Of a stretch of 33,069 nucleotides of DNA, positions 27,056 to 33,069 are shown in pieces. Position 1 is the stretch's first letter. Each line of letters begins with the position of its first letter. Source of the DNA: Gemmatimonadales bacterium. GTDB taxonomy: Bacteria > Gemmatimonadota > Gemmatimonadetes > Gemmatimonadales > GWC2-71-9. The DNA lies in the NCBI GenBank assembly GCA_025929805.1, contig JAICPP010000003.1, positions 1 through 33,069 of the forward strand, given 5' to 3'. The notes below the pieces were generated by a model, which had not been told where the DNA came from, made no database searches, and saw only the letters and a list, made by a program, of their open reading frames with translations. The position numbers were made by a program, and so were the translations under genes.

Positions 27056-27694
27056 ATGGTTGAGTTGAGATTTTGGGTCTGGGGTGCGATGACTCTGGTT
27101 CCGTTGACGCTTTCCGCCCAGTCCACCGCACCGCTGGAGACCAGGAGCAAGGGCTCGCCTCAAGCTCCGGTGACTGTATACGAGATGTCGGATTTTCAGT
27201 GTCCCTACTGCAGGGAGTTTGCCCTTCAGACCTTCCCGCAATTGGAGCGGGACTACATTCGCCCCGGAAAGGTTCGATGGGTTTTTATCAACTTTCCTTT
27301 AACCAGCATCCATCAGCACGCTTCCGCTGCGGCCGAACTGGCACTGTGTGCCGGAGAGCAGCGCCGTTTCTGGCCGGTGCATGATCTGCTGTTTCAGCAT
27401 CAGGAGACCTGGGCGCCGTTGAAGGAGGCAGGGCCCTTCTTCGTGTCGTTGGCCGACTCGGCCCGGCTGTCCAAGCCAACGCTCCTCGCCTGTCTCGAGT
27501 CCCCCGAGACCAGAAAGCGAGTCCGAGCTGACGCCGAAGGTGCCGCCCGCTCCGGGGCCTCCAGCACGCCCACGTTTTACATCGAGGGTGGTCTCCTGGA
27601 GGGGGCTCAGCCGATCACCGTATTTCGGCAGGTGCTGGACTCGGTGTATGCGTCGAAGAAGGGGACCGGTGCGCGGGGACCGGGAACCAGGTAA
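27056..27694 (+). CDS. DsbA-like thioredoxin-fold protein
   Basis: KGSPQAPVTVYEMSDFQCPYC, FPL..H, STPTF (cis-Pro loop) and GAQP. Confidence 0.9.
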   Translation: MVELRFWVWGAMTLVPLTLSAQSTAPLETRSKGSPQAPVTVYEMSDFQCPYCREFALQTFPQLERDYIRPGKVRWVFINFPLTSIHQHASAAAELALCAGEQRRFWPVHDLLFQHQETWAPLKEAGPFFVSLADSARLSKPTLLACLESPETRKRVRADAEGAARSGASSTPTFYIEGGLLEGAQPITVFRQVLDSVYASKKGTGARGPGTR

Positions 27695-27742
27695 TGTCGA
27701 CACGCCCGTCCCGGTCCCTGGTTCCCGGCTCCTGGTCCGCAC
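27662..27742. repeat. Heptamer periodic inverted repeat (GGRACCR family) between convergent dsbA-like and CPBP genes
   Basis: Left arm GGGACCG GTGCGCG GGGACCG GGAACCA; right arm CGGTCCC TGGTTCC CGGCTCC TGGTCCG. Confidence 0.8.
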
Positions 27743-27749
27743 TCACAGG

Positions 27750-28502
27750 CTAACGAATTGCCAGAATCACATCATACAACGCATGAGTCCAGGCAGTAAT
27801 GCCGAACCCTCGCGAGAGGTACAAGCCACTAAAAAGCAGGCCAGCTACCGTCCGGAAGGTGAACGAGGTGAGTGCCAGAGATTCACCATAGGGACCGATG
27901 TAATGAAAAGCAGAGAAGACGAGGGCACCGAGCACGATCGCTAAGAGATCGGCCGTCAACCGCGTCCAGCGGAAAAGTCGGGTGGCCAACAGGGCCAGAC
28001 CGGAGACCAGCAGTACCCGGAACAGAAGCTCCTCGTAGATACCGGCACCCAGTGAGATCATGAGTTGGGCGGGGAGGCTCAGCTCAACGGCAAGGCGAGG
28101 GATACCCTCGACCGCAGTCGCCACCAACACCAGCGTCGGCAGCAGCAGCACCGTGAGCGCACTCGCCACGAATCCGAAGGCCAGCGCGTATGCAACGGTC
28201 TCACCGGCCATCAGGGCCAAGTAGCGAGGCCGTATACCTCCACGGCGCCGGATGTCTCGCCCCACGAGTGAGGCTCCTCCCCCCACCAACAACAGCCCGA
28301 AAACCGTCAATCCATCCCGACCACCGAGCCCGACGAAGAGGCTCTTCAGCAGCACGTCGGCTCCGTTTCGCACTCCTGCCGCCTCGGCATCGGATAGAAG
28401 GAACGCGAGTGCTTCGTACAGAATGAGCAGAGGAAAGGCGAAGCTCAGGCTGTACCGAGGTTCCCTGGTCTCAGTCCAATAGCTCGATCGTGTCAGACTC
28501 AC
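27750..28502 (-). CDS. CPBP (Abi/CAAX-type) intramembrane metalloprotease
   Basis: GIYEELLFR (EExxxR), FSAFH (FxxxH), HALYD and multiple TM helices. GTG start inferred. Confidence 0.9.
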   Translation of the reverse strand: MSLTRSSYWTETREPRYSLSFAFPLLILYEALAFLLSDAEAAGVRNGADVLLKSLFVGLGGRDGLTVFGLLLVGGGASLVGRDIRRRGGIRPRYLALMAGETVAYALAFGFVASALTVLLLPTLVLVATAVEGIPRLAVELSLPAQLMISLGAGIYEELLFRVLLVSGLALLATRLFRWTRLTADLLAIVLGALVFSAFHYIGPYGESLALTSFTFRTVAGLLFSGLYLSRGFGITAWTHALYDVILAIR

Positions 28503-28530
28503 GGGGATCGCGGACCTCTCGCCATCGCCC

Positions 28531-28558
28531 AAAGAAAAGGGGCCGCTTCCGCGGCCCC
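28531..28558 (-). terminator. Intrinsic terminator (minus strand)
   Basis: Minus strand GGGGCCGC-GGAA-GCGGCCCC followed by TTTTCTTT. Confidence 0.9.
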
Positions 28559-28601
28559 CCCAGGTTCATAGTGTCGCCTGGGTCTCAGCTTGCAGCTCGT
28601 G

Positions 28602-28637
28602 CTAACGGCCGCAGGCGACCCTTGACTCTGTAGACAA
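28602..28637 (-). CDS. Putative 11-aa small peptide MSTESRVACGR
   Basis: TTG start 7 nt after GGAGG, directly after a 13-nt anti-SD-complementary tract. TAG stop. Confidence 0.5.
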   Translation of the reverse strand: MSTESRVACGR

Positions 28638-28683
28638 TGGATCACCTCCTCGGTTGCAGGTGGAACAGGTAATGCGCCCAATA

Positions 28684-28713
28684 AGTGTACTCGGAGGCCA
28701 TACTCAGGATCAA
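28684..28713 (-). promoter_or_regulatory. Sigma70-type promoter for small transcript
   Basis: Minus strand TTGATC (28713-28708), 18-nt spacer, TACACT (28689-28684). Confidence 0.55.
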
Positions 28714-28752
28714 CCCTCTTCCATTGGAGTAGATACCCCGCAACATTGGGCC

Positions 28753-30105
28753 ATGCCTTCCACTTCGCGGTTCTATCGGATTGCAATTCGGATGGGAACC
28801 GCGATTGCTCCCGTGGTGGGCTGGTTCAATCCAAAGATCCGAACGGGCACGCGGCTGCGGCGCGACGCCGGCGAACGTCTGTTGGAGTGGGCTCGGTGGA
28901 ACCGCGATCCTGCCCGGCCATTGGTGTGGTTTCACGCCTCATCTGTGGGGGAGGGCTTGCAGGCTCAAGCCGTGCTTCTCGCCCTCCGCCGAATCCGCGC
29001 CGATTGCCAGATCGTCTACACCCACTTCAGCCCCTCCGCCGTGGACCTGGCCCGGCGCATCGAGTCCGACGTCTCCGACTGTCTACCCTACGATCTCCCC
29101 CAGCCGGTCGAACGGCTGCTTGCTGTTCTGGAGCCGGATCTCGTGGTATTTGCCAAGCTGGATGTCTGGCCCGAGCTGTCCACCAGAGCGGCAACCAGCA
29201 GTGCGCAAGTGGCGATCGTGGCCGCCACGGTGAGTCCCGGAAGCAGCCGACTCCGTTGGCCGGTCCGGCAGCTACTCCAGCCAGGATATCGTGCGGTCGC
29301 GGCCGCCGCGGTGATCTCGCCGGAGGATGGACAACGCCTCGTCCGTCTGGGGGTAGATCGTGATCGGATTCATGTCTTGGGCGATCCCCGCTTCGACAGC
29401 GTGGCCGACCGGGTGCGCAGCGTGAGTCCAGACGAGCCACTGCTTCGCTTCGGGAGTGGCGCGCCCACTCTGGTGGCGGGATCCACCTGGCCGGCGGACG
29501 AAAACGTCCTTCTACCGGCCTTTACTCGCCTGCGGCAGCAACGGCCGGATGCCCGTTTGATCGTGGTGCCTCACGAGCCGACAGGAGAGCACCTGAACGG
29601 ACTGGAGCAGAGCGCCCGCGCTGCAGGCCTGCCCTCGCCGGTTCGCCTGAGTGCTGCCGAAGGCCCGGTCCCATTCCTGGTGGTCGATCGGGTGGGAGTC
29701 CTGGCCGTACTCTACGGCGCCGGGACAATAGCCTATGTCGGAGGTGGTTATGGAGCGGCGGGCCTGCATTCGGTTCTGGAACCCGCCGCGTGGGCGCTCC
29801 CAGTGACATTCGGCCCCCGATGGCAAAACAGCCGTGATGCTGCACTGTTATTGGAGGCGGGTGCGGCGGTTGCGTTGCCCGATTCTGGTGCCGAAAGTGC
29901 GCCAGAGGCACTCCGCGAATTGTGGGCGGCGTGGCTTGCCGATGAAGCCAGCCGAAAGAGCCAAGGACATCGGGGGCGAGAAGTGGTGGATCAGGGGACG
30001 GGAGCCTCGGAGCGGAGCGCCGCCATGCTGGCCCGGCTTATTTCAGGACGACGCCCTCGTAGGTCACCGCCCGCGGCACAATCAACCCGGCCGTCAATGC
30101 GGTGA
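28753..30105 (+). CDS. waaA: 3-deoxy-D-manno-octulosonic acid (Kdo) transferase
   Basis: VWFHASSVGE, LPYD, GDPRFD, VAGSTW, IVVPHE and GGG...HSVLEPA...FGP. ATG at 28753. Confidence 0.92.
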   Translation: MPSTSRFYRIAIRMGTAIAPVVGWFNPKIRTGTRLRRDAGERLLEWARWNRDPARPLVWFHASSVGEGLQAQAVLLALRRIRADCQIVYTHFSPSAVDLARRIESDVSDCLPYDLPQPVERLLAVLEPDLVVFAKLDVWPELSTRAATSSAQVAIVAATVSPGSSRLRWPVRQLLQPGYRAVAAAAVISPEDGQRLVRLGVDRDRIHVLGDPRFDSVADRVRSVSPDEPLLRFGSGAPTLVAGSTWPADENVLLPAFTRLRQQRPDARLIVVPHEPTGEHLNGLEQSARAAGLPSPVRLSAAEGPVPFLVVDRVGVLAVLYGAGTIAYVGGGYGAAGLHSVLEPAAWALPVTFGPRWQNSRDAALLLEAGAAVALPDSGAESAPEALRELWAAWLADEASRKSQGHRGREVVDQGTGASERSAAMLARLISGRRPRRSPPAAQSTRPSMR

Positions 30106-30421
30106 CGAGAACGTCGGTCCAGCGGCTCCGCACCTTGATCTTGAGGTTGGCGATGCCGCTACCACCGGCGAGTTGAGCCGCGAGAGCCTTCCGCAGGGAG
30201 GGATCCTTGATCCTGAGCAATCCCCAGAACGTGTACATGGCCCGGGAGGTCACCCGAAACCGGCTTCCCTCCACCGGCTGACCCACCCTGCTGGCGAGCG
30301 TAACCGGCACGCCCAGCGTGGTGGCATCAAAGGTTTGGGCGCAGCCCTGGAGTGAGCCCAGCAGCAGGACGGTCGGCAGAGAGACGAACGCGAGTGCCGA
30401 CCGGATTCGCCAGAGTCTCAC
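30038..30421 (-). CDS. Hypothetical small lipoprotein
   Basis: Lipobox LQGC, FWGL motif and C-terminal LTAGLIVPR..YEG. Start overlaps the upstream gene stop. Confidence 0.7.
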   Translation of the reverse strand: MRLWRIRSALAFVSLPTVLLLGSLQGCAQTFDATTLGVPVTLASRVGQPVEGSRFRVTSRAMYTFWGLLRIKDPSLRKALAAQLAGGSGIANLKIKVRSRWTDVLVTALTAGLIVPRAVTYEGVVLK

Positions 30422-31095
30422 AGTCCTGGAATCCGAAACGCGTAATGCGCCCCGAGGCCGAATACACCTGGATCGCCCCCGTCGATAAAGACGCGATCGT
30501 ACGCGGCGTGCGCCCCGAGCCCGCTCAGCAGGTTGAGCTCCACGCCGGCGCTCACGCCGAAGTTGGTTTCCGTGTCGGAAAGCCCGCCACCTGACAAGCG
30601 GACAATGTCGAGTCGCGGTGCGATCCAGGGGTGAATGGCCAGCGCGGGATTGGGTATGGTGAGCGCGAACCCGAGCCCCACCGGAAAGCGGAGCTCGCTC
30701 TCATCGCCCGGCAGGATGCCTATATCCGGCTTGGAATAGCCGATTCCACCCTGCAGGGTGACCGAGAGAGGAATGAGCGGCCCGCCAAAGACCTTGTAGT
30801 TGAGGGTGGCGCCAACTGACACATGATTGTCGCCCGGTCCATCGGGGTTGAAGGTCGACAGGATGGCGGTTGCCCCGAACGGTCCGAATCCTGCGCGACC
30901 GCTGACCGCCAACGCGGTGCCCTTGCCGGCGTCCTCATTGGGAAAGCCGATGTCGCCATAGACGGCGATGCCGCTCGGGATGCCGCTGTTGTATATGGGA
31001 ATACCGCGGACTTGAGCCTCTGCTATCTGATCGCGAGCCACCAGGCATGCCATCAAGCCTGCGAGCACGATTCCTCTCTGCGCGCGTTGTCTCAT
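30418..31095 (-). CDS. Putative outer-membrane beta-barrel protein
   Basis: Signal peptide (AEA-Q), Gly/aromatic alternating strands and aromatic C-terminal strand. GGAG SD. Confidence 0.7.
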   Translation of the reverse strand: MRQRAQRGIVLAGLMACLVARDQIAEAQVRGIPIYNSGIPSGIAVYGDIGFPNEDAGKGTALAVSGRAGFGPFGATAILSTFNPDGPGDNHVSVGATLNYKVFGGPLIPLSVTLQGGIGYSKPDIGILPGDESELRFPVGLGFALTIPNPALAIHPWIAPRLDIVRLSGGGLSDTETNFGVSAGVELNLLSGLGAHAAYDRVFIDGGDPGVFGLGAHYAFRIPGL

Positions 31096-31202
31096 CGCTC
31101 GTCTCCAATAAGGTCGGGGAGTCGCCGATAGGGCCTGCGGCGCGCCAGAAGGTACTCGTGGGCTTCGAACGAAGTCAACCGAAGGTGTAGCACGGCGGCA
31201 AG

Positions 31203-31234
31203 AAAAACGCCCGTCCGCAACCGCGAACGGGCGT
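31203..31234 (-). terminator. Probable intrinsic terminator ending atp transcript
   Basis: ACGCCCGT/ACGGGCGT stem with an A-run on the left (U-tract on minus strand). Confidence 0.7.
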
Positions 31235-31254
31235 AGCAGTAATACGAGCCGGCG

Positions 31255-31875
31255 TTACCGAACGTAGGTCAAGCCGACACCCACACCTTCGAGGTCGCCG
31301 ATTCCTCCGCTCACTCGTACGGACCAGTCCTGGCTGAAGCGCATATCGACACCGAGACCGAGGGCAAACCCCACGTCGTCACCGCCGGCGGCACCGAGGA
31401 CGGGAACGATTACGGGGTGAGCATACGGCGTGAAGGTCGTACGGGATCCCTCGAGCTCGAATCGCCGGCCGAGCGAGATGCCAACCGGCAGGTAGATCGC
31501 ATCGTCACCGTCGCCCAGGTTGATCCCTGCTCCCACAGTCAGGGCGCCGTCGAGCGGGAAGCTCTCGCTGTAACTCAGTACCCGAGTGCGGAAGTTTCCC
31601 CCCAGCAGGAGGCGAGTGTCCCCCTCACCCTCCGGATTGGCAAAGCCCGCCCGGAAACCGAAATCATTGCTGGCGCGGCCGTAGCTATAGAACCCTTCAA
31701 GGGCGAAGTCTACTCCGCTACCCGGGTCGGAAAATGCGGCGCCAAACTCGTGATTGGTGAACGCGCGATACGGCGCCTTGAACATCGGCGTGCCGGTCTC
31801 TTGCGCTGCCGAGTCAGTCGCAGACAGAGCGACGACCGCTGCCACCAAGAGCCCACCGTAGAAACTACGACGCAT
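31255..31875 (-). CDS. Putative outer-membrane beta-barrel protein
   Basis: ATG at 31875 after AAGGAG, overlapping atpC. Signal peptide, amphipathic strands, ends GVGLTYVR. Confidence 0.7.
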   Translation of the reverse strand: MRRSFYGGLLVAAVVALSATDSAAQETGTPMFKAPYRAFTNHEFGAAFSDPGSGVDFALEGFYSYGRASNDFGFRAGFANPEGEGDTRLLLGGNFRTRVLSYSESFPLDGALTVGAGINLGDGDDAIYLPVGISLGRRFELEGSRTTFTPYAHPVIVPVLGAAGGDDVGFALGLGVDMRFSQDWSVRVSGGIGDLEGVGVGLTYVR

Positions 31876-32124
31876 GCGACTCTCCTTCGACATGTTCGGT
31901 GACCACACGCACCCTGTTTTCGACCACCTGGAGAAATCCGCCGCGGATGGAGAAGCGACTGACGGCGTCTGCCCGGCGAACCGTCAGCGTACCCTCGCCC
32001 AGCAGCGTCATGAACGGTGCGTGGTTCGGCAGAATGCCGACCTGGCCGTCAAAAGCAGGCGCGACCACCGCGTCCGCTTCACCGTCGAACATAGACGCCT
32101 CCGGAGAGATCACCGTGACCTGCA

Positions 32125-32125
<1 letters not shown>
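31865..32125 (-). CDS. atpC: ATP synthase F1 epsilon subunit (short form)
   Basis: VISPE, GQVGILPNHAP and GGFLQV. Directly downstream of atpD. Confidence 0.95.

Positions 32126-33069
<944 letters not shown>

Larger units (their letters stand above)
28531..28679 (-). ncRNA. Candidate small structured transcript / leader with extended SD and sORF
   Basis: Bounded by a predicted promoter and terminator. Contains AGGAGGTGATCCA and a GTCGCCTG/CAGGCGAC stem. Confidence 0.6.

Noticed and set aside
28638-28650. 16S rRNA fragment (TGGATCACCTCCT on + strand)
   Set aside because: No other 16S sequence flanks it. It is better explained as an extended SD on the minus strand.
28531-28700. 6S RNA, tmRNA or self-cleaving ribozyme
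   Set aside because: I could not see a 6S-like long rod with central bubble, tRNA-like ends with a tag peptide, or hammerhead/twister cores. An Rfam scan is still advisable.
30038-30105. 68-nt convergent overlap of waaA and the lipoprotein gene (and 43-nt overlap at 10750-10792)
   Set aside because: Short 3' overlaps are common in GC-rich genomes, and the tails are low-information.
31096-31135. Weak periodic repeat (GTCGGGGA GTCGCCGA) upstream of the barrel gene
   Set aside because: Only two degenerate units and no convincing mirrored arm.

Overview
A GC-rich bacterial core-genome window, most likely from a Gemmatimonadota-like organism (inferred from gene content and order, not checked by search). 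Left part: 3' end of a PQQ-dependent dehydrogenase, a secreted protein and a porin; a pyruvate dehydrogenase/lipoylation cluster (lipA-pdhA-pdhB-pdhC-lpdA-membrane protein-lipB); and a minus-strand three-peptidase operon. Middle: hisIE-dnaE-accA-ricT(PSP1)-metG, an M23 peptidase, and a TPM/nucleotidyltransferase-like/LemA operon. Right part: lipoprotein plus DsbA-like protein, a CPBP protease, waaA, two outer-membrane barrel-like genes plus a lipoprotein, and atpC-atpD (partial). I found no tRNA, rRNA, CRISPR array or transposase. Four signals stand out. (1) A ~150-nt minus-strand transcript (28531-28679) with a predicted promoter, a 13-nt 'super Shine-Dalgarno' matching the conserved 16S 3' end, an 11-codon ORF, a stem enclosing its stop codon and a terminator. 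(2) Periodic inverted repeats (7- or 9-nt tandem units mirrored on two arms) that differ in sequence but share one architecture, at many gene junctions and in frame inside dnaE. (3) A multi-helix leader upstream of metG. (4) An atpD that looks chimeric (Planctomycete-like N-terminal part, host-like C-terminal part).
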